A DNA stretch of 64,000 bases from an uncultured Gammaproteobacteria bacterium. GTDB lineage: Bacteria; Pseudomonadota; Gammaproteobacteria; UBA9214. The notes below the pieces were generated by a model, which was not told the DNA's origin, made no database searches, and saw only the letters and a list, made by a program, of their open reading frames with translations. Numbering within the stretch: position 1 is the stretch's first letter; every line of letters starts with the position of its first letter. The DNA is taken from assembly GCA_963748215.1 (NCBI GenBank), contig CAVVHS010000005.1:96001-160000 (forward strand), read 5' to 3'. Made by a program: the position numbers and the translations under genes. Below are positions 53,238-64,000 of the stretch, piece after piece.

Positions 53238-54283
53238 CAGATTACCTCGTCCTCGGGCAGCGCCGGCATCAGCATTTCCTGCAGCGCCTCGACCTGTCCG
53301 GCAACGACCGCGTTGCTGCCGAAACGCGCCAGGTGGAACACTGCCTCGCCCTCGTGCACCAGCGGCAGGTGAGTATGCGCGATCAGAATGCCGCTGAACG
53401 GCGCCTGCACCTCGCAATCCCTGTCGATGAGCGGCGCGGCAATGACACCCAGGACGTCGCCCTTGCGCACGCGTGTACCCAGCGTGGCCTGCAGGCGCAG
53501 CACGCCGCTTTCCGGTGCGCGTACCCAGGACGAGCTGCGTGCCACCACCGGTTTGACGTCGTGAGCGTGCCGGCGTGACGCGGGTAACATGCCCAGGACA
53601 CGCATGACGTTTAACACGCCGCTCAGGCCGGCGCGAATCGAAACCTCGTGGAAGCGCAGCGCCTCACCGCCCTCGTAGAGCAGCATCGGAATACCTGCCT
53701 CCATGGCCGCCTCGCGCAGCGAGCCGTCGCGCAGGTCGGAGTTGAGCAGCACCGGCACACCGAATGCCCTGGCCAGTTCGAGGGTAGCCGGATCATCCAG
53801 GTTGGCGCGTATCTGCGGCAGGTTCTCGCGGTGTACCGCACCCGTATGCAGATCGATGCCGTGTGTGCAGTTGGCCACGATTTCGCGCATGAACAGGTCG
53901 GCGATGCGGCCGGCCAGCGAACCGCGGCTGCTGCCCGGAAAACTGCGATTCAGGTCGCGCCGGTCCGGCAGGTAGCGCGAGCGGTTCAGCAGGCCGTGCA
54001 CGTTGACCACCGGCACGGCGATCAGGGTGCCACGCAGCCGTTGCAGTGCCGAATGGCGCAGCAGGCGGCGAATGATTTCCACGCCGTTCAGTTCGTCGCC
54101 GTGAATGGCGGCGCTGATAAACAGGCGCGGTCCGCCCTTGCGGCCGTTGACCACCTCGATCGGCATGGTCAGGTTGTCGTAGGTATAGAGCCGTCCGATC
54201 GGCAGGTTGATCGTCATGCATGATCCCGGCGGCACGCTGCTGCCGCCGATTTTGATCCGGTTGCCGACGTCAGCCTTTGCCAC
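53237..54283 (-). CDS. Succinylglutamate desuccinylase/aspartoacylase family protein
   Basis: [30 protein letters not shown]. Confidence 0.92.
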
Positions 54284-55175
54284 GGGTACGGGTCCGGTCG
54301 CGACGGGCGTTTTTCTCTATGAACTCCACGATCAGGCTGGCCACGTCCTTGCCGGTAGCCCGTTCGATGCCCTCCAGGCCGGGCGAGGAATTGACCTCCA
54401 TGACGACCGGCCCGTGATTGGAACGCAACAGGTCCACGCCGGCAACGTTCAATCCCATCGTGCGCGCGGCACGTACGGCCGTGGAGCGCTCCTCCGGGCT
54501 CAGCCTGACCACCGCCGCACTGGCGCCGTGGTGCAGGGTGGAACGGAAGTCGCCCTCCTTCGCCGTACGCATCATGGCAGCCACCACCTTTCCACCGATC
54601 ACGAAGGCGCGGATATTCGTACCGGCGGCCTCGCCGATGAATTCCTGCACCAGGAAGTTGGCGTTCAGCCCCCGAAACGCCTCGATCAGGCTTTCGGCCG
54701 CCTGGTGCGTCTCGGCCAGTACCACGCCCTTGCCCTCGGCGCCTTGCAGCAGTCTGACCACCAGCGGCGCGCCACCGACCAGCTTGATCAGGTCCTCGGT
54801 ATCATCCGGCGAGTCGGCGAAGCCGGTCTGCGGCAGGCCGATGCCGGCACGCGCCATAATCTGCAAGGAGCGCAGCTTGTCGCGCGAGCGCGTGATCGCA
54901 ACCGATTCGTTCAGTGGCCAGGTGCCCATCATCTCGAACTGGCGCAGCACCGCCTCACCGTAGAAGGTGATGGAAGCGCCGATGCGCGGAATCACGGCAT
55001 CGAAATCGCCCGCCTGCACGCCCTTGTAATGAATGCTTGGCCGCATCGAGGTGATATCCATATAGCACTTCAGCGTGTCGAATATCTCGACCTCGTGATC
55101 GCGCTCCCGCGCCGCCTCGACCAGGCGGCGGGTGGAATAGAGCCTTCTATTTCGTGACAGGATGGCAATCTTCAA
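54270..55175 (-). CDS. rimK: RimK-family alpha-L-glutamate ligase
   Basis: [38 protein letters not shown]. Confidence 0.9.
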   Translation of the reverse strand: MKIAILSRNRRLYSTRRLVEAARERDHEVEIFDTLKCYMDITSMRPSIHYKGVQAGDFDAVIPRIGASITFYGEAVLRQFEMMGTWPLNESVAITRSRDKLRSLQIMARAGIGLPQTGFADSPDDTEDLIKLVGGAPLVVRLLQGAEGKGVVLAETHQAAESLIEAFRGLNANFLVQEFIGEAAGTNIRAFVIGGKVVAAMMRTAKEGDFRSTLHHGASAAVVRLSPEERSTAVRAARTMGLNVAGVDLLRSNHGPVVMEVNSSPGLEGIERATGKDVASLIVEFIEKNARRDRTRTRGKG

Positions 55176-55651
55176 TCATCTTCTCCGATTATCACGGGGT
55201 CTGACGGACGCGGACGCCCGACCAGGTAGGCGGACGCCGGGTCGACCAGGAAGCGCCCGCGCATGGCGGTGCGTCCCAGCAACATGCGGAAGCGCATGGT
55301 ATCGCGGTTGGTCAGTGTCAGTTCGATCGGCCATTGTGCATCGCCGATACACACTGTGGCTTCGATCACGTAACGCAATTCGCGGTGACCGCCGGAGTCT
55401 GTCACCTCGCGCTGGTCGAGCACCAGCGCCTCGCATTCGACAACCCTGTCCTCGCGTCCCTGCAGTGGGTGGATACCGAAGCGCACCCGGGACTCGCCAC
55501 CGCGCTCGAAGGGTTCGATATAGAACGCATGCAGCGCGGAGCTCCGCGCACCGGTATCGATCTTCGCCTTGATGCGCTTGATACCCAGCACGGGCAGACC
55601 GACCCACTCGCGCCAGCCGATGGTGATCAGGGGTGTATCAGCGGTGTTCAT
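55172..55651 (-). CDS. RimK-associated putative ATP-dependent zinc protease (retropepsin-like, RimB-type)
   Basis: [31 protein letters not shown]. Confidence 0.9.
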   Translation of the reverse strand: MNTADTPLITIGWREWVGLPVLGIKRIKAKIDTGARSSALHAFYIEPFERGGESRVRFGIHPLQGREDRVVECEALVLDQREVTDSGGHRELRYVIEATVCIGDAQWPIELTLTNRDTMRFRMLLGRTAMRGRFLVDPASAYLVGRPRPSDPVIIGEDD

Positions 55652-55694
55652 GAATTTGCGCCATGGCAACGCCTGTCCTGTAGAGTCATGTCGC

Positions 55695-56672
55695 TTAGAA
55701 CCAGTCCCGGCTGCGGAAATAGACCCACAGCCCGACACCCATGACCAGCAGGAGCGCGACCACGGTCGTGAAAGCCAGCGGATTCTCCGTTCCCGGAATG
55801 CCGCCGACATTGATCCCGAGCAGGCCGGTAGCGAATGACAGCGGCAGGAAGATCGCGGCCACGATCGACAGCAGGAACATGCGCTGGTTGGTCTGTTCGG
55901 CCATCAGGCTCGCCAGTGACTCCTGAGCCACCGCGGCGCGTTCGCGCGCGGCATCGAGGTCCTCGACAATGCGGGTCAACCGGTCGTAATGTTCGCGCAA
56001 CTGCAGCCGGTTCTGTTCATTGAGGATCTGCGTGTGTTCCGCGGTCAGCCGGTTCAGCGCCTCGCGCTGCGGGGCGAGGAAGCGGCGCAGCGCAATCGCC
56101 TGGCGGCGCATCTCCGCCAGCTGTCTGCGCTGTTGCGGAATGGAAGTCGGCTGGTCGGCCGTCTCGAGGTCGTCGATGTGACCGTAGATCACCTCCACCA
56201 CGGTATCGACCCGGTCCAGCAGGCCGTCAACGAACAGGCTCAGGAACTCGCCGGGGCTGGCAGGTCCCTTGCCGGCCGCCAGCGCCGTGCGCAGATCGTC
56301 GACCGATACCAGGCGGCGATGGCGCAGCGTGATCACGCGCCGCTCGTCCAGCCACAGGCGCGCGCTGACCATGTCGTCAGGCTCGGCGCCCGGGTTCAGG
56401 TTAACGGCACGCAGGAAAACCATCAGGCCGCTGTCGGCCGGTACCACGCGCGGCCGCGTCTCCGTCTGCGAGAGCGCTTCGACGGTCAGGTCGGACAGCC
56501 CGCTATGCTCGTGCAGCCAGACCTGCACCTGCGAACTGGAGTAATCGAAGTGGAGCCACAGCCAGTCGTTGCCGGATGGCCGGTAGAGACCCACTTCATC
56601 CCAGCCGACCTGGCGACCGCCACCCTCGCCGTCCAGTATCCAGGCACAGATTAATCCGTTGCTTGCGTTCAT
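55695..56672 (-). CDS. zntB: Zinc transporter ZntB (CorA family)
   Basis: [36 protein letters not shown]. Confidence 0.92.
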   Translation of the reverse strand: MNASNGLICAWILDGEGGGRQVGWDEVGLYRPSGNDWLWLHFDYSSSQVQVWLHEHSGLSDLTVEALSQTETRPRVVPADSGLMVFLRAVNLNPGAEPDDMVSARLWLDERRVITLRHRRLVSVDDLRTALAAGKGPASPGEFLSLFVDGLLDRVDTVVEVIYGHIDDLETADQPTSIPQQRRQLAEMRRQAIALRRFLAPQREALNRLTAEHTQILNEQNRLQLREHYDRLTRIVEDLDAARERAAVAQESLASLMAEQTNQRMFLLSIVAAIFLPLSFATGLLGINVGGIPGTENPLAFTTVVALLLVMGVGLWVYFRSRDWF

Positions 56673-56752
56673 CCCGACATAATCCCGATGCTAGCCGGTG
56701 ATTGTAGCGACAATCACCGTCGAAAACATCCGGCGAAATCGGGTACGAAAAG

Positions 56753-56781
56753 AAAAAACCCGCGACCTGTGCTGCGGGGTT
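56753..56781 (-). terminator. Intrinsic terminator after the ccp remnant
   Basis: Minus strand AACCCCGCAGCACAGGTCGCGGGTTTTTT. Confidence 0.6.
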
Positions 56782-56782
56782 G

Positions 56783-57061
56783 TTACTGTGTGCCGGCCGG
56801 CGTGACCGGCGGTGCGATCAGTATTTGACCGGCCGATTGTCGGGAAACCCTGGCCGCATCGTGACAGGTCGCGCAGCTGACCTTGCCGGCGGCACCAGGT
56901 TGGGTATCATGATACCGCTTGTCCCCGGGTTTGACCCTGGCCGCGGTCTGCGGGATATCAGCCGGCACCGGTACGGGCGGCAAACCCAGCGGCGCCGCAA
57001 CCGCAGCCGTCCACGCAACCTGTAATACAATAGATCTTAGCCAAACCAGTGGTCGTTGCAT
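56783..57061 (-). pseudogene. Truncated di-heme cytochrome c peroxidase (Ccp/MauG) remnant
   Basis: PLGLPPVPVPAD.PQT...GDK..HD....GKVSCATCH matches a Ccp N-terminus; only 92 aa. Confidence 0.65.
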
Positions 57062-57159
57062 GCCCCCGCCCTGCTATCCCGATGCCACAAAAAAGAGGTG
57101 TACAATCCTGCCGGCATTGTCAGACATCCCGGGCACCTATCACCCGACACCGGCCGCCA

Positions 57160-57210
57160 TTCATATAGCCAGCTTATTGTTCTATAATTTGCGATTGTCA
57201 ATCGCTATCA
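57160..57210. promoter_or_regulatory. Possible OxyR/LysR binding region
   Basis: ATAG, CTAT and ATTG-N7-CTAT elements immediately upstream of oxyR. Confidence 0.4.
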
Positions 57211-57228
57211 AGATCCGGAGACGGACGG

Positions 57229-58173
57229 ATGACCCTGACCGAACTGCGCTATATCGTTGCCGTCGCACGCGAACGTCACTTCGGTCGCGCCGCCAGGGCG
57301 TGCTTCGTCAGCCAGCCGACGCTGAGCATTGCCATCAAGAAACTGGAAGAAGAGCTGGGCGTCCAGCTGTTCGAGCGCCAGGCCAGCGAAATCACCGTGA
57401 CACCGGTCGGCGAACAGATCGTCGCACAGGCCCAGCGCACGCTGGAGGCTGCCGAGACCATCAGGCAGGTCGCGCAGCAGGGCAAGGACCAGCTGGCCGG
57501 CCCGCTCCGCATCGGTGCCATCTACACCATTGGCCCGTACCTGTTTCCCGATTTGATCCCGCGCCTGCGCAAGCTGGCGCCAAACATGCCGCTGGTCATT
57601 GAGGAGAATTACACAGCAGTGCTGGCGGAGAAGCTCAAACGCGGCGAGCTGGATGTGATTTTCCTGGCATTGCCTTTCCAGGATCCGGGACTGGTGACAC
57701 TGCCGCTGTACGATGAGCCGTTCGTGGTACTGATGCCGTCCGCGCACCCATTGACACTACGCAAGACCATTAAGTCAGCGCATCTTGAAGACGAGAATGT
57801 CCTGCTGCTCGGCGAGGGGCACTGCTTTCGCGACCAGGTGCTGGAGGCCTGCCCGGCCTGCATCCCGAAGCCGGGTCTGGTGGGCGGGCTGGCCAACAGC
57901 ATCGTCGGCAGTTCGCTGGAAACCATCCGTCACATGGTGGTCTCGGGGCTGGGCATCACCGTGCTGCCGTGCACCGCGGCCGGCGCGGATCGCTACAGCC
58001 AGCGGCTGCTGGCCATCCGCCGCTTTGCCAGCCCGGTGCCGGCCCGCACCGTGGCGCTGGCCTGGCGCATCTCCTTCCCGCGCCCGAAGGTTATCGACGT
58101 GCTCAGCGAGGCCGTAGCCGACTGCAACATGAGCTGTGTAAAACCGGTACGCAACAAGCGAGGCAGCCGGTGA
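57229..58173 (+). CDS. oxyR: Hydrogen peroxide sensor OxyR
   Basis: MTLTELRY..HFGRAA..VSQPTLS; GHCFRDQVLEAC redox Cys pair; SSLETIRHMV. Confidence 0.95.
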   Translation: MTLTELRYIVAVARERHFGRAARACFVSQPTLSIAIKKLEEELGVQLFERQASEITVTPVGEQIVAQAQRTLEAAETIRQVAQQGKDQLAGPLRIGAIYTIGPYLFPDLIPRLRKLAPNMPLVIEENYTAVLAEKLKRGELDVIFLALPFQDPGLVTLPLYDEPFVVLMPSAHPLTLRKTIKSAHLEDENVLLLGEGHCFRDQVLEACPACIPKPGLVGGLANSIVGSSLETIRHMVVSGLGITVLPCTAAGADRYSQRLLAIRRFASPVPARTVALAWRISFPRPKVIDVLSEAVADCNMSCVKPVRNKRGSR

Positions 58174-58367
58174 ACGAAAATGCAAGCCTCAGGCACCAGA
58201 CAAATCTCGTGGCGCACCCGAACCTGCAGACACACGGCAATCAATAACGGGAAGGTGTGGAGCTGTAAACCACGAAGCATCAAACGCCAAAAACAGGGAG
58301 TCCAGCGCCTGTTCGGCCGGAAGCAGCATATACAACTACAAAAATGGGGACAGCCTCACCGCATGTA

Positions 58368-61300
58368 TCAGGACACTTTCCGGCGTCTGGCTATGAATAC
58401 CAGCCCCAGCAGGCCTGACCCGAACAGCAGAGCACTCGGTGGTATCGGGACCACTGAAGAAACGGTACCCTGAAATAACTGCCCGCCCAGCTCAACCATG
58501 AACTGCGTCCCCAGCGCAACACCCGAGCCGGCGGCGGCAAACCCGCGAATCCCTCCGAAATCTTCCGCAATGTTGAGTGTTCCCTGAATGACAAGGAATT
58601 CCAGCAATTCATCCGGTGTTGGGGTGAAGCCCAGGATGACGTCGACGAAACCGCTGTTAAATGTAACATCACCACTGACAAACAGCTGATCTGTATCAAG
58701 CAGGCTGTTGGCCTCGAACTCAAGAATGCCGCTGTCCTGTACCAGGCTACCTTCGACAGTCATACTGCCAACCCCGCTGCCCGGCGCCAAGATGCCCCCC
58801 TCCAGCAGCAGACTGCCCACCGCTGTGCCATTGCCGGAGAGCCGGGCGCTGCCCCGTACATGGATTGAACTGCTACTGGTTTCCAGTCGTGCTGCACTGT
58901 CCGCCAGTTCCAGTTCGCCTACCTCAAGTAGCAGCTCATCACCACGCAGTGTATTGGTGAGCAGTAATCTACCGCCACCGATTTTCCACAGGTCCTCGAA
59001 GTTAACGTACTGATCGCCGTCGATCGTATAACTGTAGTTCGTTGGAACGAAGAAAATAAGTTCGTCCCGTTCAGCACCGCCGTCCACCATGCCCACAATC
59101 CGGCTCGCGTCATCAACCAACAGCCGGTCCGGCCCACCGGCCAGGTCGATACCACCCTCCACATAGTTCTGATTCACGATGCTGTCACTTCCGGAACCGC
59201 CCTGGATGCCGACGCCATCTGCGATGACCTCACCGCCATTCACGAACATGTTTCCGATCCCGGCGAGTTGTACGCCGATTGCACCAGCCCCACGGGCCAT
59301 GATCCGGGTATTGTCCGCCTGACCGGAGAAGATCTGGGCAATCCGGTTACCGGTGCCAGAGACCGACAGGCCGATCGCACCCGGACCCGTTACCGAGATA
59401 TCGGCTACCGGTATGATCGTGCCGGAGGGCACATCGCGGCTGAACTCGTTGGAATAGAGCTGGGCATTCGGAAACAGATTCAGGCCGAACACATCCTGCA
59501 GATCTGTCGGATATTCGAACGGTGCGGTTGGAATCCTGACCTGGCCATTGCCGTGGAGTATCACGTTGCTCTCACCTATGATTTCCATACCCACGACATT
59601 CAAACCACTAACCGTGATGCGGTCTACATTGGTGATCAAATTGTTTCTGTCGCCGATGCCCCCGGTAGCACTTATAACCCGGATACCGCGCGCGGCATCG
59701 CCGCTCCCCTCTATGAGGCCTTGATTTTCGACGGTCGTATTGGCAACGCCCTCAGCAACCATTCCTGCCCCGAATGCGCTATTTGAAAAATCGATACTTC
59801 CGCAATTCACCAGCTTGCCGGTACCGTCGCCGATCACGGTGCAGGCCGGTGCCGGACCGCCAGCGGTTGCAGAGCCCCACACATCCGAGGTCGACAACGA
59901 CATGCCCGTAGCACCTAGCCCATCGACAGTGATCGAGCCGGAACTCGTGACCTGGAAAACTGACGCGATACCGGTGAGGACGGAAATAGCGCGCGCATTC
60001 TCGGAGCTCGAAACCTGAATCCGGCCTTCGTTGACCACCGCCGCGGCGTTGGAGCCGACGTCGATGCCGGCAGCACCATAGCCGGTGACACTGATTTGTG
60101 CACTGCGGTTACCAGCGTCGCCATTGGCGACGGCGACATTATCCCCGCGGACGAACAGGCCGGCGCCGTCATTGCTGTTGATGGTGATGATTCCCGTGTT
60201 CAGGACGTTGTTGACGGAGCCATTGATATCTATACCGTGATTGCCTGACGACACCACGCCCTGTCCTCCAGTGATAGTCCCCGCACTCTCGAATTGGCCA
60301 TTGTTCCCGAACGCGACAATGCCATAGGAATTATTACCCTGCGTAGTGATATTGCCTTCACTCAGAACCTCGGCAAAATCGCCGGTGATGAGAATACCGT
60401 CCGCATTTTCTCCCATCGTGAGTACGGTTGCAGCCGTCGCGCCACCACTGGTGTTTACCCGGGCCCGATCGCCCGCCACGTAAATGCCTTTTGCGCCTAA
60501 CTGCGAAGTCGTGATGCTGCCGGTTTCGACGTTATCTCCGACGTTGATGACGGCGTCATTGCCATCGACATATACACCATGCGCCTCTATACCCGCGGTG
60601 CTCAGTTCACCCGCATTCCTGATGTTGGCGTCGCTGCCGGTGATGCTGATACCATGAGCCGCCACACCCGTCGTAGAGAGTTCACCGGTGTTTGTGACCG
60701 GCAGGTTGTCGGCGAAGGCGTGTATGGCATCGGCCTCGTCCCCTTCAGTCGTGATAAGACCCGTATTATTGATAACACTATCAATGGCAGGTTGCAGGGC
60801 CGGCGCCGGAATATCGATCCCCGGTGGAGGATCCTGCAGTCCCAGTGCGATACCGTGGGCCCGCGCGCCGGTGGTCCAGATCCGGTTCCTGACACCCGTC
60901 ACGATCTCTGTATCGAGATTGTCGACTGTATGTCCCGGACCGAGGGCCAGGATGCCCATCGCATCGTTACCGATCGTCGTGATGGTGCCGGTGTTCTCGA
61001 TGCTTTCGCTATAGAACCCGAGCATCACCATGCCCGCCGCGAACGCACCCTGCGTACCGATAGTTCCGCTATTATTAATCGTACCGGCGTCACCTTCGAT
61101 CACGAGGCCGGCGGACTGGTCCGCCGAAGTCTGTATCTCGCCCTCATTCAGCTCCCGTGCATCATCACCCTCGAGCACGACGGCGCTGGACTGGAATCCG
61201 TCTGTAGTGATCACACCCTCATTCAGGACGCTGACAAAGTCACCTTCCATAAAGACCGCAGTCGAGGTGTCTCCGCTAGTGCTGATGTCGTCCTCGTTCG

Positions 61301-62387
61301 TAACTTCATTACCATCACCGCCAAAAAATACCGCCTCGGAGTTTTCGCCGGCGGATCGCACAGTGCCCTGGTTGAGGAGCGCGTTATCATTGCCGAGGAT
61401 GCCAAAGGTTTCGGTATCGTCCGCGTTGGTCTCAACGGTGGCACCGGGAGTGACCACGATTTCAAGTCCGTTCAGGACTCCCGACAGATCGCCGGGATCG
61501 TTGCCGTAGCTGCGAAATCCACTGGGGTCGATGGCCTGGCAGGTTACTGTGGACCCGTCTGTGACCGAGGGTGTACCACTCGTTGTCAGGATCGACGGAT
61601 CAGGCAGGCAGCCATCCGTGAACGGTGTCACTGTCTGAAAATCGCCCGCGAAGCCAATATCGGGTGTCACTGCCAGGGTATATAGATCCACCGCACGCTC
61701 GGTACGCCCCAGAAACTCGACCGTGAAGTCCGGATCGATGGCGAAGACCGGTGTCGAGGCCGATGCACTGGCACTGGGAACCTCGTTAGTAATGCCGCCA
61801 GCTGAAGCACTGGCGGATATTTCAATTCTGAGGAAGTCATTCGCCAGGACTGACAGGCTCGAATCGATGGCGATGGTGCCTGCATTAACCTGTTCCTGTA
61901 CCAGCGTCGCACCTGCTCCAATTACCAGCTCTGCAAGCCCAAACTCGGTTGCCGACAGGGAACTGGTATACAGAAGCGGTATGCCGATATTGTCCGGGGC
62001 GTCCGGGTGCAGCTTGATCAGACGTGCCTCGAAGGTGATGTCGGTATTTGCGAAAACCCCCAGACCCGGTTCATTGGCAATTGCTGATGCCAGTGTCAGG
62101 GCAGGCGTCTGACCGGAACCGACGGTATTCGATGCTGATCCAGTTGTTGCACCAAAGGCAACCTGTATATTCTCTGCCAGAAATTGGCTTGTTCCCGTTG
62201 CGAAGTCTAAAACGTCAGTACCAGCCCGGATAGTCGCGCTCTCGTTATAGACGATTAGTCCACCGAGCAGCGGTATGTAAGCACTGTTCGCCGCATGAAG
62301 TGGAATTAGGGTGAGAACCAGAACATAAACGGCGACGCGGAGCACTTCCATTGCGGAATTCATACGATCTCCCGGGGATTGAGCCAT
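58368..62387 (-). CDS. Giant secreted repeat protein with VPLPA/PEP-CTERM-type sorting signal
   Basis: Signal peptide; many N.G.I.T.G..A.G repeats; C-terminus VPIPPSALLFGSGLLGLVFIARRRK. Confidence 0.85.
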   Translation of the reverse strand: MAQSPGDRMNSAMEVLRVAVYVLVLTLIPLHAANSAYIPLLGGLIVYNESATIRAGTDVLDFATGTSQFLAENIQVAFGATTGSASNTVGSGQTPALTLASAIANEPGLGVFANTDITFEARLIKLHPDAPDNIGIPLLYTSSLSATEFGLAELVIGAGATLVQEQVNAGTIAIDSSLSVLANDFLRIEISASASAGGITNEVPSASASASTPVFAIDPDFTVEFLGRTERAVDLYTLAVTPDIGFAGDFQTVTPFTDGCLPDPSILTTSGTPSVTDGSTVTCQAIDPSGFRSYGNDPGDLSGVLNGLEIVVTPGATVETNADDTETFGILGNDNALLNQGTVRSAGENSEAVFFGGDGNEVTNEDDISTSGDTSTAVFMEGDFVSVLNEGVITTDGFQSSAVVLEGDDARELNEGEIQTSADQSAGLVIEGDAGTINNSGTIGTQGAFAAGMVMLGFYSESIENTGTITTIGNDAMGILALGPGHTVDNLDTEIVTGVRNRIWTTGARAHGIALGLQDPPPGIDIPAPALQPAIDSVINNTGLITTEGDEADAIHAFADNLPVTNTGELSTTGVAAHGISITGSDANIRNAGELSTAGIEAHGVYVDGNDAVINVGDNVETGSITTSQLGAKGIYVAGDRARVNTSGGATAATVLTMGENADGILITGDFAEVLSEGNITTQGNNSYGIVAFGNNGQFESAGTITGGQGVVSSGNHGIDINGSVNNVLNTGIITINSNDGAGLFVRGDNVAVANGDAGNRSAQISVTGYGAAGIDVGSNAAAVVNEGRIQVSSSENARAISVLTGIASVFQVTSSGSITVDGLGATGMSLSTSDVWGSATAGGPAPACTVIGDGTGKLVNCGSIDFSNSAFGAGMVAEGVANTTVENQGLIEGSGDAARGIRVISATGGIGDRNNLITNVDRITVSGLNVVGMEIIGESNVILHGNGQVRIPTAPFEYPTDLQDVFGLNLFPNAQLYSNEFSRDVPSGTIIPVADISVTGPGAIGLSVSGTGNRIAQIFSGQADNTRIMARGAGAIGVQLAGIGNMFVNGGEVIADGVGIQGGSGSDSIVNQNYVEGGIDLAGGPDRLLVDDASRIVGMVDGGAERDELIFFVPTNYSYTIDGDQYVNFEDLWKIGGGRLLLTNTLRGDELLLEVGELELADSAARLETSSSSIHVRGSARLSGNGTAVGSLLLEGGILAPGSGVGSMTVEGSLVQDSGILEFEANSLLDTDQLFVSGDVTFNSGFVDVILGFTPTPDELLEFLVIQGTLNIAEDFGGIRGFAAAGSGVALGTQFMVELGGQLFQGTVSSVVPIPPSALLFGSGLLGLVFIARRRKVS

Positions 62388-63049
62388 GATTTATCTTATT
62401 GATTATGATGCTAGCAATGTCATATCGGATAGCAATGACATCTATCAAATATTCTGCAATATATAAAGGAAATATAATCCCTCTTGTCATCCGCCGGATC
62501 CACCTCCTTGCGCTCGTCCACGCCACTGTCGTCGCAGCCGCAGGTAATATTACCGGGCGGGCTGGCTCACTTGAACAGCCCCGTCGGAGGTGGCGCCCGG
62601 CACGGCGGCCGCCGGGAAGCTTCTGGGGCAGGCCCATTTCACATGGGGTGGCTGAGGATCTCATTAATGACCACTGGACCTTCGATGCAGGTACCACCAT
62701 CGCCGTACAACTACAGGTACGGCGCATCTCCAGCAATCACGTGTATATTCTCAGGGCTGCATACTCTGCACCCCTCGCGCTTACGCTGATTGCCAGCCCT
62801 CAGGCCGTTATCATTCCGCTAACGTACGATTTTGTTATTTTTACAGACTTTCAATTCAGGTCGCCAAACTTACGGAAAGGGTCGATTCCTGCCAGCTGGC
62901 GAAATCTTATATAAACGCCTCGTGCAGAACCCGCCGCCAATACCAGACGTACAGCCATCTAGAATCCAGATCAATATAATAAAAGGCTGAAGAGTAAATG
63001 ATGCAGTAAAAAGAATCAGAGTCAATTACGTGGTTTTGGTTTTTCCTGG

Positions 63050-63691
63050 TTACTCTCCACAATACATTTTGACTAATCGACGCTTTTTCTCGAGATCCTG
63101 CCGTACCGCATGTGCGCCCGGCTGCTCAAGCTCTTCCAGCTCTACTCTATGCTTGGCACAGTATTCCGATCTGAGCCATTGCGTGCGCGCGAGCTCCTGC
63201 TCTTTTACATCACCTGGATGTTTGCAATTCGCTGCCTCTTTTTCAAGTACCTGCTCGATTGCAGAGGCGCGCAGTGCGTCGTCGAGATACTCGCGTTTGC
63301 CTTGATATGTGTCATATTTCCACTTGACGCGAAACTTGCCCTGCTCATCACGGTAAGCAGGTAGCTGCATCTCCTGAAGAACAGCGAGTTGCTGTCTTGC
63401 TTCAAGACAATGCTGTTCTTGAACTAACCGATTTTCATTCTCGGATTGTTCCACAGCTTCTTCCGCAGGCTCTTCAAGAGAACGCTGTTTCAACCTTTCT
63501 GTTTCCTCAATCGCATTATTCACCTCTACGGGGGATGGGCCTGGCTCAACATCGACTTCTTTTGTTGTGTGCTTATCGGCAGGGTTATCTGAATAATGGA
63601 CACGCCCTTCCTCATCCAGCCATTTGTAAATTGCACCGAGTGATATTCCAGCAATTGCCATGATGCAGATGATAAATATGACTTTCTTCAT
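63050..63691 (-). CDS. DUF4124 domain secreted protein
   Basis: Signal peptide then IYKWLDEEGRVHYSDNP. Confidence 0.85.
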   Translation of the reverse strand: MKKVIFIICIMAIAGISLGAIYKWLDEEGRVHYSDNPADKHTTKEVDVEPGPSPVEVNNAIEETERLKQRSLEEPAEEAVEQSENENRLVQEQHCLEARQQLAVLQEMQLPAYRDEQGKFRVKWKYDTYQGKREYLDDALRASAIEQVLEKEAANCKHPGDVKEQELARTQWLRSEYCAKHRVELEELEQPGAHAVRQDLEKKRRLVKMYCGE

Positions 63692-63840
63692 ATGGCCATC
63701 TCGGCAATAACTTTAGCAGGCATTAACGAACCATTTAGCTTGCATATCGAGCTGGCGTGGGATTGAAACCTTGTTTTGAGTCGCACGATAGCACTCTACT
63801 GATTCAAGTTCGAATCATCATCTAATGTCGCATTTGGGTT

Positions 63841-64000
63841 GCCAGTTCAACCGATCGACGCAACACATGCATTAAACCGCTCTGCTGGTGTTTCGTAATT
63901 CAGTGTCTTGCGTGGCCGCTCATCAAACTGACGCGCCACCGCATTTAGCTTTGCCTGCAAGTGTACTGACAAATCGGTGCCTTTGGGTGAATACTGTCTC
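63841..64000 (-). mobile_element. IS30-family transposase C-terminus and right end (partial)
   Basis: Minus frame reads [44 protein letters not shown] (stop 63847-63849). Confidence 0.88.

Noticed and set aside
62399-62914. 171-aa ORF upstream of the giant protein
   Set aside because: No RBS or recognisable motif and atypical composition; probably spurious intergenic sequence.

Overview
GC-rich gammaproteobacterial chromosome segment, probably from a sulfur-storing sulfur oxidiser (sulfur globule protein, RhdA-type rhodanese, small Cys-bearing cytochrome c). Core blocks: der-bamB-yfgM-hisS-rodZ-pilW-rlmN-ndk (ispG absent), an inserted mcl-mtkAB block, iscRSA-hscBA-fdx-iscX (iscU absent), glcDEF-rhodanese, orn/STE24/phhB/rsgA, hinT-recR-ybaB-dnaX-ffs, DUF4212 plus sodium:solute symporter, chrA, zntB-Zn protease-rimK-deacylase-MscS, oxyR, a giant VPLPA-CTERM-type protein and an IS30 end. 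The most striking region is about 36.0-44.7 kb. There, about 10 short, unrelated, mostly co-oriented genes and two non-coding segments are each separated by 47-65 bp dyad sites (GGGTCAGA-arm / AATAT-like core / arm-TCTGACCC). The sites have mixed arm types, no attC signature and no recombinase in the window, so this is a candidate non-integron gene-cassette array. One slot in the array holds a highly structured ~190-nt candidate ncRNA. Several REP/MITE families and three single-base frameshifts are also present. All calls are from reading the sequence by eye; no searches were run.
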